DNA of 64,000 nucleotides from Gemmatimonadota bacterium (GTDB lineage Bacteria > Gemmatimonadota > Gemmatimonadetes > Gemmatimonadales > GWC2-71-9), in the NCBI GenBank assembly GCA_003221895.1, contig QHUJ01000117.1:9379-73378 (forward strand). Reading direction: 5' to 3'. Shown here piece by piece: positions 1-9,250 of the stretch. The position numbers and the translations under genes were made by a program. Numbering within the stretch: position 1 is the stretch's first letter; each line of letters starts with the position of its first letter. The notes under the pieces were generated by a model. The model saw nothing but the letters and a program-made list of their open reading frames with translations, had not been told where the DNA came from and did not search any database.

Positions 1-174
1 TCTATGCCTGCTACATCTCGTTCGCTAAAGCTGGTGCGGAAGACCGTTGTCGTCCGCGTGTCATCCTCGACAACGTCTCGGTGGTGGCGATTGGTGCTCG
101 ACACATTGCTCGTCACGCGACCCGGATCGGGGACGCTGACGCTCGAGTGAAGTGATATGGGTTTGACACCGAAC

Positions 175-206
175 GAAAACGGGGGCGCTGATGCGCCCCC
201 GTTTTG
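175..206. terminator. Bidirectional intrinsic terminator hairpin
   Basis: Perfect 8-bp GC stem GGGGGCGC-tgat-GCGCCCCC (181-200), with an A-run upstream and GTTTTGT downstream. It lies 12 nt past the stop of the minus-strand gene ending at 218 and ~20 nt after an open frame ending at 155. Confidence 0.6.
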
Positions 207-217
207 TATGATGGTCG

Positions 218-766
218 TCAGATGCCCCGTCGCCGGCCGTCGCCGCCGGGTCGCGGCCCGCGCTGATACCCATAGGCGCCGCGGTCGCCGCGTCGCTGCA
301 TGCGCATCTCGCTCACGCGCTGGACGAGACGCTCCCGCATCTGCTGGTACTGGGCGCGCTGCACCGGCGTGAGATAGCTCGACATCTCTTCATCCTGGTC
401 CTGCTCGAGCCTCAGCATGTCGCCGCGACCCGAGCGCAATCCTGCAAGCAGTTTGTTCACGCTGTCCGGTTTGGCGGGAATGCCGGGACGCATCTGATCA
501 TCGAGCCCGCGCCGCCGCTCCATCTGCTGCGCCATGATGGTCCGGCGGCGGGCGCCGAACTTCTCCTGCGTGGCGCGCAGCTTCGTCGCCTGGTCGGACG
601 TTAGCTGCAGCTCGTCCTGCACGCGATCGTTGAATCGCCTTTCAATCTCGGCGCGCAACCGGGCCGCTTGCGCGGTATCGTCGCGCTGCTGCCCGCTGTC
701 GCGCTGCTGCGCGCCCAAACAAGGGGCAAGCAGGACGGCGAGAGTGAGCAAGCACAGGTTCTTCAT
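218..766 (-). CDS. Secreted LTXXQ-motif (Spy/CpxP-like) periplasmic protein
   Basis: N-terminal signal peptide MKNLCLLTLAVLLAPCLGA. Two LTxxQ-type motifs (LTSDQATKL, LTPVQRAQY) in an Arg/Gln-rich helical sequence. GGAGGG Shine-Dalgarno upstream. Follows the ECF sigma/anti-sigma pair. Confidence 0.6.
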   Translation of the reverse strand: MKNLCLLTLAVLLAPCLGAQQRDSGQQRDDTAQAARLRAEIERRFNDRVQDELQLTSDQATKLRATQEKFGARRRTIMAQQMERRRGLDDQMRPGIPAKPDSVNKLLAGLRSGRGDMLRLEQDQDEEMSSYLTPVQRAQYQQMRERLVQRVSEMRMQRRGDRGAYGYQRGPRPGGDGRRRGI

Positions 767-769
767 TTA

Positions 770-1183
770 TTATCCCTCCAGAGAGCGCAGCACGTTCCGC
801 AGCTGCTCGTCGTTGAGTTCCCGCAGATCGCTGCTGCTATCCAGCAGCGGCGTGGTACTGCCCACGATCTCGTCGAACCGGTCGAGCACGTCCTTGAGCT
901 GATCGGTGCTGAGATCGCCCAAATCATCCGCAACGAGATGATTGGGATGCTCATTGACATCGGGAACCGTCACCGTCTGCCGCACGATCAGTCCGCCGCC
1001 CAGCAGCACGACCACCGCGGCGGCGACTCGCATCCAGTGGACTTCGATCCACCTCCGGCGGGGCGCCGGCTGCCGGCGCAACTCCGCAACGACGGTGCGC
1101 GCGGTGGCGCCGACATCGAGCCGCTCGGCCGCCGCAGCGCCCAGGCGCTTGGCGAGGATCACGAGTTTCATGTCGTCGGTCAT
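770..1183 (-). CDS. Putative anti-sigma factor (single-pass membrane protein)
   Basis: Its start overlaps the ECF sigma stop by 4 nt. One hydrophobic segment, VAAAVVVLLGGGLIV, splits a short cytoplasmic N-terminus from an acidic C-terminal domain. No recognisable catalytic motif. Confidence 0.5.
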   Translation of the reverse strand: MTDDMKLVILAKRLGAAAAERLDVGATARTVVAELRRQPAPRRRWIEVHWMRVAAAVVVLLGGGLIVRQTVTVPDVNEHPNHLVADDLGDLSTDQLKDVLDRFDEIVGSTTPLLDSSSDLRELNDEQLRNVLRSLEG

Positions 1184-1731
1184 CCCATCATCTCCTTCAA
1201 TCGCCGTACAGCGTGGTGATAATGCACCCGCGCCGCTCCCGGAGTCGTCCCCAATGCGGCGGCGATCTCCACGTAGTCGAGCCCCTGCTGCGCGCGGAGC
1301 AGAAAGACCTCGCGCTGCAAGCGGGGCAACACCTGCAATCCGGCGGCCAGTCTCGCTTCCGCCTCGGTCGCCACGGCGTGCTCGTGCGGATCACCCGCCA
1401 CGTCGTGGACGCTTTCGTCGAGCGGCACCACTTTGCGTCGCCCAGCGCGCCGCCCGTAGTCTTTCAGCACGTTGCCGCCGATCGTCAGCAGCCAGGTCCG
1501 GAATTGACATTGGCCGCGAAACCGATCCACGCCGCGAAACGCGCGAATGAATGTCTCCTGCACCAGATCGTCCACCTCGGCATCAGGCGCGCCCGCACCC
1601 GACAGATAGCGGGCCAGCGCGCGGGCGTGGCGCCCGACGAGCTCGGCCGCCGCCTGCTCATCGCCCGCCTGCCATGCCGCGATGAGGCCTGTATCGCTGG
1701 CCGTCTCGGTCTGCAGCTGAGGGTGCGCCAT
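1180..1731 (-). CDS. ECF-type RNA polymerase sigma-70 factor
   Basis: Region 2 (DLVQETFIRAFRGVDRFRG...FRTWLLTIGGN) and region 4 HTH (REVFLLRAQQGLDYVEIAAALGTTPGAARVHYHHAVRRLK). Confidence 0.9.
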   Translation of the reverse strand: MAHPQLQTETASDTGLIAAWQAGDEQAAAELVGRHARALARYLSGAGAPDAEVDDLVQETFIRAFRGVDRFRGQCQFRTWLLTIGGNVLKDYGRRAGRRKVVPLDESVHDVAGDPHEHAVATEAEARLAAGLQVLPRLQREVFLLRAQQGLDYVEIAAALGTTPGAARVHYHHAVRRLKEMMG

Positions 1732-1815
1732 TGATGTTCGTTGGTCAGTGGACGTGGAAAGTGATCCAATATTAAGGGTACCTTGTTTCGCCTGGAGCGG
1801 AGCGCTAGGTTGCCA

Positions 1816-1835
1816 TTTCGAACGATCGTTCGAAA
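1816..1835. promoter_or_regulatory. Perfect 20-bp palindrome, candidate operator (TetR site or GAAC-N4-GTTC type LexA box)
   Basis: TTTCGAACGA|TCGTTCGAAA is exactly self-complementary and ends 3 nt before the TetR ATG (1839). No Shine-Dalgarno fits between them. Confidence 0.55.
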
Positions 1836-1838
1836 ACT

Positions 1839-2408
1839 ATGCGACCCTACGACGAGCGCCTCGACCACCTACTCGCCCGCGCCGCCCGGGTTTTTGCGGA
1901 CAAGGGCTATCACCCCACGACCATGCGGGATCTGGCCGCCGCCAGCGGGATGTCGCTGGCCGGGATGTACTACTACGTCCGCGGCAAGGAAGATCTGCTC
2001 GCGCTCATTCAGGAGCGCTGTTTCACGCGGGTGCTCGAGGGCGCCCGGCAGGCGGTCGCCAAGGCGGCGGACCCGCAGGAGCGGCTCGAGGCTTTCATCA
2101 AGCACCATGTCGCCTTTTTCACGCAGCACATGGCGGAGATGAAAGTGCTGTCGCATGAGGCCTCGCCGAAGAGCGTCAGCGCCATCAAGCGGCGCTACGT
2201 CGATCTGGTGGAGGCGATTCTGAAAGAGGCGGCGCCCGATCAAAGCGCGGTCGATCGCAGCGGCGCGACGTACATCCTCTTCGGGATGATGAATTGGATC
2301 TACAACTGGTACGACCCCGCCGGCGAGATCGATCCCGATCGGCTGGCCGATCTGATGGCGAGCATCTTCCTCGGCGGCTTCGTCGAGACTCATTCGGAGG
2401 CTAAGTAA
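1839..2408 (+). CDS. TetR-family transcriptional regulator
   Basis: N-terminal HTH: AARVFADKGYHPTTMRDLAAASGMSLAGMYYYVRGKEDLL. About 190 aa, typical for the family. Leads the acyl-CoA cluster. Confidence 0.9.
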   Translation: MRPYDERLDHLLARAARVFADKGYHPTTMRDLAAASGMSLAGMYYYVRGKEDLLALIQERCFTRVLEGARQAVAKAADPQERLEAFIKHHVAFFTQHMAEMKVLSHEASPKSVSAIKRRYVDLVEAILKEAAPDQSAVDRSGATYILFGMMNWIYNWYDPAGEIDPDRLADLMASIFLGGFVETHSEAK

Positions 2409-2410
2409 TC

Positions 2411-3220
2411 ATGGCGACCATGACTGAACCGCAGGTCAAGACCCTGGTCCAGTATCGCACTGAGGACGGGCTCGCGATTCTCGAGCTCGACGATGCCCCG
2501 GCCAATACCTACACGTACGAGATGATGCACCAGCTCGACGAAGCCATCTTGCGGGCGCGCTTCGACGACAACGTGCACGTCATCGTGCTGCGTGGCCACG
2601 GCGACAAGTTCTTCTCGGCGGGTGCCAACATCGGCATGTTGAACAAGGTGACGCCGCGCTTCAAGTATTACTTCTGTCTGCACGCCAATGAGACGCTGAA
2701 CCGGTTGGAGCAGACGCCGAAGCTCACGATCGCGGCACTCAACGGACACACCGTGGGCGGTGGTCTCGAAATCGCGATGGCGTGCGATCTGCGGATCGCG
2801 AAGGAGAATGCCGGCAAGATCGGCTTGCCGGAGGTGAACCTGGGCGTCCTACCCGGGACCGGTGGCACCCAGCGTCTCGCGCGCATCGTCGGCAAGTCTC
2901 TCGCGATCGAGCTGATGGTGAAGGGCGAGCTATTCTCGTTCGATCGCGCCAAAGAGATTGGGCTGGTGAACGAGGTCTTCGACGCGAAGGACTTCTGGGA
3001 CCAGATCCTGCTCTATGCGAAGCAATTCTGCCCACCCCATAAGGCGTCCAAGGCGGTCGGCCTGATCAAGCGGTCGGTGCAGTCCGGCGCCGAGGTGCCA
3101 TTCGAAAGCGGGCTCGCGATCGAGCGAGAGCTGCAACAGCAGCTGTTCCAGAGCGAGGACGCCAAGGAGGGCATCGCGGCGAACCAGGAGAAGCGGATGG
3201 CGGAGTTCAAGGGGAAGTGA
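2411..3220 (+). CDS. Enoyl-CoA hydratase/isomerase (crotonase) family protein
   Basis: Crotonase signatures FFSAGANIG and NGHTVGGGLEIAMACDLRIA; also GLPEVNLGVLPGTGGTQRL. Confidence 0.85.
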   Translation: MATMTEPQVKTLVQYRTEDGLAILELDDAPANTYTYEMMHQLDEAILRARFDDNVHVIVLRGHGDKFFSAGANIGMLNKVTPRFKYYFCLHANETLNRLEQTPKLTIAALNGHTVGGGLEIAMACDLRIAKENAGKIGLPEVNLGVLPGTGGTQRLARIVGKSLAIELMVKGELFSFDRAKEIGLVNEVFDAKDFWDQILLYAKQFCPPHKASKAVGLIKRSVQSGAEVPFESGLAIERELQQQLFQSEDAKEGIAANQEKRMAEFKGK

Positions 3221-4650
3221 AGACCGACCTCTTCATTAATAACGAGTGGCGGCCGGCGACCTCGGGGAAGCGCTTCCCCGTCGAGAACCCGGCAACCGAG
3301 GAGAATCTCGCCGACGTCGCGGCGGGAGACGCGGCCGACGTCGACAACGCGGTCCGCTCGGCAAAGGCCTGTTTCGAGTCCGCGGCGTGGAAGGATCTGT
3401 CGGCGCGCAAGCGCGGCCGCATGCTCTTCAAGGCCGCCGATCTCCTGGAAGCGCGGCTCGATGAAGTCGCCCGGCTCGAAACGGCGCAGAACGGCAAGAC
3501 GCTGTTCGAATCCAAGATCGAGATCGGGATGACGATCAACACCCTGCGCTACTACGCGGGCTGGGCGGACAAGATCGTGGGCGACACGCTGCCGGTCGAA
3601 GGGCCGTTCTTCACCTACACGCTGCGCGAGCCGATCGGCGTCGTCGGTGCGATCGTGCCGTGGAATTTCCCGCTCAACATCGCGAGCTGGAAATTCGCCC
3701 CTGCGCTCGCCGCCGGGTGCACCGTGGTCTTGAAGCCGGCGTCTGAAACGCCGCTGACTGCCCTGCTCTTCGCCGAGATCGCGCTCGAAGCGGGATTGCC
3801 CCCGGGCGCGTTCAACGTGGTGCCGGGCGGCGGGTCGACGGCGGGCGCGGCGCTGGTGCGCCATCCCGACGTCGACAAGATCTCGTTCACGGGCTCGACC
3901 GAAGTCGGCCGGCAGATCATGAAGATGGCCGCCGAGACCAACAAACGCGTGACACTCGAGCTGGGCGGCAAGAGTCCCAACATCATCTTCGCCGATGCCG
4001 ACCTGAAATCGGCCGTACGGGGCGCGCAGACGGGGATCTTTTACGGCAAGGGCGAGGTCTGCGCCGCCGGCTCGCGACTGTTGGTCGAGAAAGCCGTACA
4101 TCAGCAGGTGATCGAGCAGCTCGCCGAAGGGGCGAAGAAGATGACGCCCGGCGACCCGCTCGATAAGAACACCAGGCTGGGCGCGCTCGTCTCGAAGAAA
4201 CAGCAGGAGACCGTGCTGTCCTATATCAAGAAGGGTCTCGATGAGGGCGCGCAGCTCGTCGCGGGCGGCAAGGCCGCCAAGCCCAACGGGAAGGGCTACT
4301 ACGTCGAGGCAACGGTGTTCGACGCAGTCACACCCGAGATGACGATCGCGCGCGAAGAAATCTTCGGTCCCGTGCTCGCCGTGCTCACGTTCGACGACTT
4401 CGAGCAGGGCGTGCAGCTCGCGAACAACACGATCTACGGTCTCGCCGCGGGAATCTGGACCAAGGACATTCAGAAGGCGCATCGCGCCGCCAAAGCAATC
4501 CGGGCGGGCACGGTGTGGATCAACTCGTACAACTTCTACGATTCCGGCGCGCCGTTCGGCGGGTTCAAGGCTTCCGGCTTCGGACGGGATCTCGGAAGAG
4601 AAGCCCTGGACGGATACCTGGAAACGAAGACCGTCTGGGTCGCGCTGTGA
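3217..4650 (+). CDS. NAD(P)+-dependent aldehyde dehydrogenase
   Basis: ALDH motifs VENPATEE, FTGSTEVGR, ELGGKSPNIIF (catalytic Glu) and GEVCAAGSRLLV (catalytic Cys). GTG start overlaps the upstream stop. Confidence 0.92.
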   Translation: MKTDLFINNEWRPATSGKRFPVENPATEENLADVAAGDAADVDNAVRSAKACFESAAWKDLSARKRGRMLFKAADLLEARLDEVARLETAQNGKTLFESKIEIGMTINTLRYYAGWADKIVGDTLPVEGPFFTYTLREPIGVVGAIVPWNFPLNIASWKFAPALAAGCTVVLKPASETPLTALLFAEIALEAGLPPGAFNVVPGGGSTAGAALVRHPDVDKISFTGSTEVGRQIMKMAAETNKRVTLELGGKSPNIIFADADLKSAVRGAQTGIFYGKGEVCAAGSRLLVEKAVHQQVIEQLAEGAKKMTPGDPLDKNTRLGALVSKKQQETVLSYIKKGLDEGAQLVAGGKAAKPNGKGYYVEATVFDAVTPEMTIAREEIFGPVLAVLTFDDFEQGVQLANNTIYGLAAGIWTKDIQKAHRAAKAIRAGTVWINSYNFYDSGAPFGGFKASGFGRDLGREALDGYLETKTVWVAL

Positions 4651-5816
4651 GCGAAGCCTTCATCTCGGTCGCGCTGCGGACCCCCGTTGGCAAGCACGGC
4701 GGGTCGCTCGCCAATGTGCGTCCGGATGATCTGGCTGCCGTCCCGATCACGGCCGTCGTCGAGCGTTCGGGGGTGGATCCCGCTTCGATTGACGATGTGA
4801 TCCTTGGCTGCGCAAACCAGGCCGGCGAAGACAACCGCAATGTTGCACGCATGGCGCTGCTACTCGCGGGACTGCCGGTCGAGGTGCCGGGCCAGACGGT
4901 GAACCGGTTGTGCGGTTCCGGGTTGCAGGCGGTGGCCAGCGCGGCCCAGGCCATCAGAGCGGGCGAAGGCGAAACGTTCATCGCGGGCGGCGTCGAGAGC
5001 ATGACGCGAGCGCCGTACGTGATGCTCAAGCCCAGTGAGCCGTTCAGTCGGAAGACCCCCGAGGTTGCCGACACGACCGTCGGCTGGCGGTTCGTGAACC
5101 CACGCCTGAAGAAGGAGTGGACGATCTCGCTCGGTGAGACCGCGGAGGTCGTCGCGGCGCGCTACAAGATCAGCCGCGCCGAGCAGGATGCGTTTGCGGT
5201 CGAGAGCCAGCGGCGCGCTGAGCAGGCGCTGCGGGAATGCGTGTTTACGAATGAGCTGGTTCCCGTGCCGCTGGCGGACGGCTCGCTGTTCTCGAAGGAC
5301 GAGTATCCGCGCGCGGGAACGACGCTGGATGCCGTGGCGAAGCTCAAGCCGGCATTTCGGAAGGACGGCACCGTCACCGCGGCGAGCTCGAGCGGGATCA
5401 ACGATGGCGCGGCAGCACTGCTGGTGACGGGCAAGACGGGCGGTACGGCACTCGCGCGCATTGTGACAACCGCCGTCGCTGGGGTAGATCCGAGCTGCAT
5501 GGGTCTCGGGCCGATCCCCGCCACGAAGAAGGCGCTCACGCGTGCCGGTCTCACGATCGATCAGATCGATCTCGTGGAGCTGAACGAGGCTTTCGCCGCC
5601 CAGGCGATCGCCTGCATCCGCGATCTCAAGCTCGATCCCAAGAAGGTGAACATCTACGGTGGTGGCATCGCGCTCGGCCATCCGCTCGGCGCGACGGGGG
5701 CGAAGCTGTTAACAACCATGGTGCACGCCTTACATCGCACGAAGTCGTCGTACGGTTTGGTAACCATGTGCATTGGAGTTGGGCAAGGTATTGCCATGAT
5801 CGTCGAGCGCATCTGA
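4647..5816 (+). CDS. Acetyl-CoA C-acyltransferase (thiolase)
   Basis: NRLCGSGLQAV (active-site Cys), NEAFAAQ, GGGIALGHPLGATGA, CIGVGQG. Start moved to GTG 4647 (GTGA overlap with the ALDH stop). The track's extra 44 N-terminal aa are Arg-rich off-frame sequence. Confidence 0.92.
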   Translation: MSEAFISVALRTPVGKHGGSLANVRPDDLAAVPITAVVERSGVDPASIDDVILGCANQAGEDNRNVARMALLLAGLPVEVPGQTVNRLCGSGLQAVASAAQAIRAGEGETFIAGGVESMTRAPYVMLKPSEPFSRKTPEVADTTVGWRFVNPRLKKEWTISLGETAEVVAARYKISRAEQDAFAVESQRRAEQALRECVFTNELVPVPLADGSLFSKDEYPRAGTTLDAVAKLKPAFRKDGTVTAASSSGINDGAAALLVTGKTGGTALARIVTTAVAGVDPSCMGLGPIPATKKALTRAGLTIDQIDLVELNEAFAAQAIACIRDLKLDPKKVNIYGGGIALGHPLGATGAKLLTTMVHALHRTKSSYGLVTMCIGVGQGIAMIVERI

Positions 5817-6553
5817 TGGCTGCTTACGAACGCGTGATCATCGCAATCGAGGACCACGTCGGCACGGTCACACTCAACCGGCCGGAGAAGGCGAACGCGT
5901 TCGACCCCGACATGTGCGACGAGTTGCTCGACGCGCTGCGCATGCTCGTGCGCACCGATGCCGTCCGAGTCCTTGTGCTGACCGGTGCTGGAAAGGCGTT
6001 CTGTGCCGGCGCCGACCTCGGCGTGTTGGCCACACAGGGGGAACAGCTGGTCAGGGCCGGCAAGGACGTCGTCCTCACCATTCGCAACGCTCCCCAACCC
6101 GTAATCGCCGCGGTCAACGGCGCGGCCGCCGGCGGCGGCGCCAACTTGGCCCTCGCCTGCGACTACCGCGTGGCGTCGGATCAAGCGTCGATCGGGCAGG
6201 TGTTCCACAAGCTGGGACTCATCCCCGACTGGGGAGGCAGCTACTTCCTCCCGCGACTTACGGGGATTTCGAAGGCGCTCGAGCTCGTGTGGAGTGCACG
6301 CATGGTGCCTGCTGCCGAAGCCGCTGATCTGGGCCTGTTCGATCGCGTCGTCCCGCATGCGACGCTCGCGAGCGAGGCAGCCTCGCTGGCGCAGCGTTGG
6401 GCGGCAATGGCACCCGGCGCCGTCGCGATCGCCAAACGCGCGTTGTATCAGTCCGACCGCGCCAGTCTCGAGGACATGCTCGATCTCGAAATCGCCGACC
6501 AGCAAATACTCTTTGCCACTCCCGAAGCCCGTCAACTGATGAGGAATCGCTGA
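5816..6553 (+). CDS. Enoyl-CoA hydratase/isomerase family protein
   Basis: LTGAGKAFCAGADL and AAVNGAAAGGGANLALACDYRVA. ATG 5816 overlaps the thiolase TGA. Confidence 0.85.
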   Translation: MAAYERVIIAIEDHVGTVTLNRPEKANAFDPDMCDELLDALRMLVRTDAVRVLVLTGAGKAFCAGADLGVLATQGEQLVRAGKDVVLTIRNAPQPVIAAVNGAAAGGGANLALACDYRVASDQASIGQVFHKLGLIPDWGGSYFLPRLTGISKALELVWSARMVPAAEAADLGLFDRVVPHATLASEAASLAQRWAAMAPGAVAIAKRALYQSDRASLEDMLDLEIADQQILFATPEARQLMRNR

Positions 6554-7674
6554 TGGTCCGCAAACTCCACAACTTCGACGACTGGATCGACTACTTCAAA
6601 TACTGGCAGGACTCGATCGGTCTGCCGCCCGGCGCGCTGCGGACGTTCCAGTTCGACGCGAAGTTCGGCGACCCCGAAGTTGGGCACATCGAGTTCGGCC
6701 ATTACAAGGGCCAGCGGAAATGGCCGACCGTCATGCACATCCCCGATCAGCGGATTCGCGACGCGCTGCTCAACCTGATCGTCTATCAGGGCGACACCGA
6801 ATTCGCGTCGGTCGAGCAGCAGCGTAACCTCCTGCACCACGCGCCGTCGGACTACGATCTGCTGTCGCTGCAACGTGTCATGACCGAAGAGATGCGGCAT
6901 GGCTGGCAGATGTCCTACCTGCTCTGCTCGCACTTCGGTGACGAGGGCAAGCGCGAGGCCGCGAAGCTGCTGGAGCGGCGCGCCGACGAAGGCGAGCGTC
7001 TGCTGGGCTCGTTCAACGAGATCGTCGACAACTGGCTCGACTTCTTCACCTACACGCAGTTCATCGACCGCGACGGCAAGTTCCAGCTGAAGATGTTGTC
7101 GGTTTCCGCCTTCGATCCGCTGTCGCGCTCCATGGGACCGATGCTCAAGGAGGAGTCGTACCACCTCGGCACCGGCAACAACGGGTTGCTGCGCATCGTG
7201 AAAGCCGGCAAGATGCCGCCGGACGTGATCCAGCGCTTCTTCTATAAGTGGATTCCGACGGCGTTCGACCTCTTCGGAACGGACAACTCCTCATCGGCGC
7301 ACTGGGCCTACGTGTGGGGGTTGAAGGGTCGCTACGACGAGCGCGAGAGCACCGGGGAGCCCGACAAGAGCAAGCTCAATGAGCTGGCGCGTGGGCTGTA
7401 TCGCCAGGAGATCGTCAAGCTCGTCGAGCGGCTGAACATGTTCATTCCGGAGCGCGAGCGGCAGCTCAAGGTCCCCGAGCTCAGGTTCAACCGGCGGATC
7501 GGCATATACGCGCATCAGCATTTCACGGTCGACGGCCAGCCGCTCGATGCCGGGAAGTATCCGGCCTATCTGGAATCGGTGCTGCCCCGGCCGGAGGATG
7601 TCGCCATCGTGCACGACATCGAAAAAGAGCCGGACTGGATCGAGCCAAAGAAGGCAGACAGCCTGCAGCAGTGA
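6553..7674 (+). CDS. Ferritin-like di-iron oxygenase, PaaA/BoxB-like (putative acyl-CoA oxygenase)
   Basis: Two ExxH ligand motifs (TEEMRHG and KEESYHLG) ~88 aa apart, each preceded by an acidic residue ~30 aa upstream. The second resembles the KEESFH motif of PaaA as I recall it. Start set at ATG 6553 (TGATG overlap), not the track's 6397. Confidence 0.6.
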   Translation: MVRKLHNFDDWIDYFKYWQDSIGLPPGALRTFQFDAKFGDPEVGHIEFGHYKGQRKWPTVMHIPDQRIRDALLNLIVYQGDTEFASVEQQRNLLHHAPSDYDLLSLQRVMTEEMRHGWQMSYLLCSHFGDEGKREAAKLLERRADEGERLLGSFNEIVDNWLDFFTYTQFIDRDGKFQLKMLSVSAFDPLSRSMGPMLKEESYHLGTGNNGLLRIVKAGKMPPDVIQRFFYKWIPTAFDLFGTDNSSSAHWAYVWGLKGRYDERESTGEPDKSKLNELARGLYRQEIVKLVERLNMFIPERERQLKVPELRFNRRIGIYAHQHFTVDGQPLDAGKYPAYLESVLPRPEDVAIVHDIEKEPDWIEPKKADSLQQ

Positions 7675-8357
7675 AGCCTTTGGTGATTGCCCACCGGGGC
7701 GCCTCCAGCATCGCGTTGGAGAACTCCCTGGCCGCGTTTCGCGCCGCCGCCGGGCAGGGAGCCGACGGCGTCGAGCTCGACGTGCATGCGACGCTCGACG
7801 GCGAGCTGGTGGTGCATCACGATCCGTCGATCCTCGGCCTCCCCATCGGGCAGGCACGCGCCCGCGACATCGCGGAACTACGCCTTGCGAACGGCGAACC
7901 GATTCCGACGTTGCAGCAGGCGCTCGCGGTGATCGGCCCCAAGCTCAGGGCGTTCGTCGAGGTGAAAGTGCTCGACCCGCGGTGGGACGATCGCTTGCTC
8001 GAGACGCTGGACAAGGGACCCAATCCCGCCGGGTACGCGGTGCACAGCTTTTCCTTTCAGGTCGTGCGCCGGCTCGGCGAGAAACGTCCCAGCCTGCCCC
8101 GCGGAATCCTCTCGGAAGTCGAGACGAAGTCGCCCAAGCAGACACTCGCGGACGCATCGGCGCAGACGCTATGGCAGGAGCGTTCGACGCTCGATGAGGC
8201 GCTGGTGGAGACGGTCCACGGGCTGAGCGCGAGCATCATCGCGTGGACGGTGGACAATCCGGCCGACTTGGAGAGCCTCGTGCGCTGGGGCGTGGACGGC
8301 ATCTGCACGAATCATCCCGAGCGGGCACGCCGAGTGGTGGACGCGGTAGTCCGATGA
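7671..8357 (+). CDS. Glycerophosphodiester phosphodiesterase (GDPD) family protein
   Basis: VIAHRGASSIALENSLAAF and GADGVELDVHATLDGELVVHHD, the GDPD His/Glu/Asp motifs. Confidence 0.85.
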   Translation: MKPLVIAHRGASSIALENSLAAFRAAAGQGADGVELDVHATLDGELVVHHDPSILGLPIGQARARDIAELRLANGEPIPTLQQALAVIGPKLRAFVEVKVLDPRWDDRLLETLDKGPNPAGYAVHSFSFQVVRRLGEKRPSLPRGILSEVETKSPKQTLADASAQTLWQERSTLDEALVETVHGLSASIIAWTVDNPADLESLVRWGVDGICTNHPERARRVVDAVVR

Positions 8358-9250
8358 GCCCCCCCGCGCCCCCCGCGCCCCGCGCCCCCCCCGTCTCTCC
8401 CACGCGCGTTGCGGTCATCGGCGCGGGGACGATGGGACACGGCATTGCGTACATCGCCGCAATGGCCGGCTGCCACGTGCGACTCACCGACGCGAGGCCG
8501 GAGTCCTTGCCGCAGGCGATGGAGAAGATCGAGGGCCTGCTCGCGGGTGGGCTGAAACGCGGCAAGCTGATGGAAGCGGACGCCGCGTCGCTGCGAGGCC
8601 GGCTACGCACCGCTGCCGCGCTCGGCGAGGCAGCCGGCGACGCCGACGTCGTCATCGAAGCGATCGTCGAGGATCTCACCGCCAAGCAGCAATTGTTTGT
8701 CGAAGTCGAGCGCGCCGCTCCGACAGGTGCGCTGCTCGCGTCCAACACGTCGTCGCTCTCGATCGGCCAGATCGCGTCCGTGATGACACAGCCGGCGCGT
8801 CTCGTGGGCATGCACTTCTTCAACCCCGTCCACGTCATGAAGCTCGTCGAAGTCGTGACGCACGGGCCGGACAGCCTGCCTGAAGCGGAACGCGCGGTGG
8901 AGCTCGCCAAAAAACTCGGCAAAGAGCCCATCGTGGTGCGCGATTCGCCGGGATTTGCGTCGAGCCGGTTGGGCGTCGTACTGGGCCTCGAGGCGATGCG
9001 GATGCTCGAACAGGGCGTGGCGAGTGCGGAGGATATCGACAAGGCGATGGAGCTGGGCTACAACCATCCGATGGGTCCGCTCAAGCTCAGCGATCAGATT
9101 GGTCTCGACGTGCGCCTCGCGATCGCGGAGTATCTGCATGCGACGCTCGGGAGATCGCAATACGAGCCGCCCAGGATCCTGCGCGAGAAGGTCAAAAAGG
9201 GGGAATTGGGGAGGAAGTCGGGAAAGGGGTTCTACACCTGGAGCGACTGA
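8354..9250 (+). CDS. 3-hydroxyacyl-CoA / 3-hydroxybutyryl-CoA dehydrogenase
   Basis: Rossmann motif VAVIGAGTMGHGIA, then NTSSLSI, HFFNPV and a C-terminal dimerisation domain. ATG 8354 overlaps the GDPD stop. Pro-rich N-terminal tail (SPPAPPAPRAPP). Confidence 0.9.
   Translation: MSPPAPPAPRAPPVSPTRVAVIGAGTMGHGIAYIAAMAGCHVRLTDARPESLPQAMEKIEGLLAGGLKRGKLMEADAASLRGRLRTAAALGEAAGDADVVIEAIVEDLTAKQQLFVEVERAAPTGALLASNTSSLSIGQIASVMTQPARLVGMHFFNPVHVMKLVEVVTHGPDSLPEAERAVELAKKLGKEPIVVRDSPGFASSRLGVVLGLEAMRMLEQGVASAEDIDKAMELGYNHPMGPLKLSDQIGLDVRLAIAEYLHATLGRSQYEPPRILREKVKKGELGRKSGKGFYTWSD

Noticed and set aside
1-155. Open frame 3 running from the window edge to TGA 153-155 (..ILDNVSVVAIGARHIARHATRIGDADARVK), possibly the 3' end of a gene, followed by the terminator at 175-206.
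   Set aside because: Only ~50 codons are visible, third-position GC is modest, and I recognise no family. It is plausible but cannot be supported as a feature.
1732-1815. An ECF-type promoter (GGAAC-N16-CGT) for the sigma gene, and a palindrome around CCAATATT, in the sigma/TetR divergent region.
   Set aside because: I could not find a -35/-10 pair with acceptable spacing. The AATATT element is only 6 bp. Neither is strong enough to report.
3013-4482. Long antisense ORFs in the track. Examples: 3013-4482(-) 489 aa, 25098-26558(-) 486 aa, 28764-30161(+) 465 aa, 35054-36358(+) 434 aa, 38361-39770(+) 469 aa, 39689-41131(+) 480 aa, 42469-44235(+) 588 aa, 44275-45744(+) 489 aa, 45741-47447(+) 568 aa, 54187-55539(+) 450 aa and 56284-57828(+) 514 aa.
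   Set aside because: Each lies opposite a gene with unmistakable family motifs (ALDH, MgtE, AspS, PhoH, HD-GYP and others). Their translations are Arg/His/Gly/Asp-rich with no recognisable motif. That is typical of stop-poor antisense frames in high-GC DNA.
8358-8402. C-rich quasi-repeat (CCCCCGCGCC-like units) at the 5' end of the 3-hydroxyacyl-CoA dehydrogenase gene.
   Set aside because: The copies are imperfect and encode a Pro/Ala-rich N-terminal tail before the Rossmann motif. This is most simply GC-driven low complexity, not a structured repeat element.
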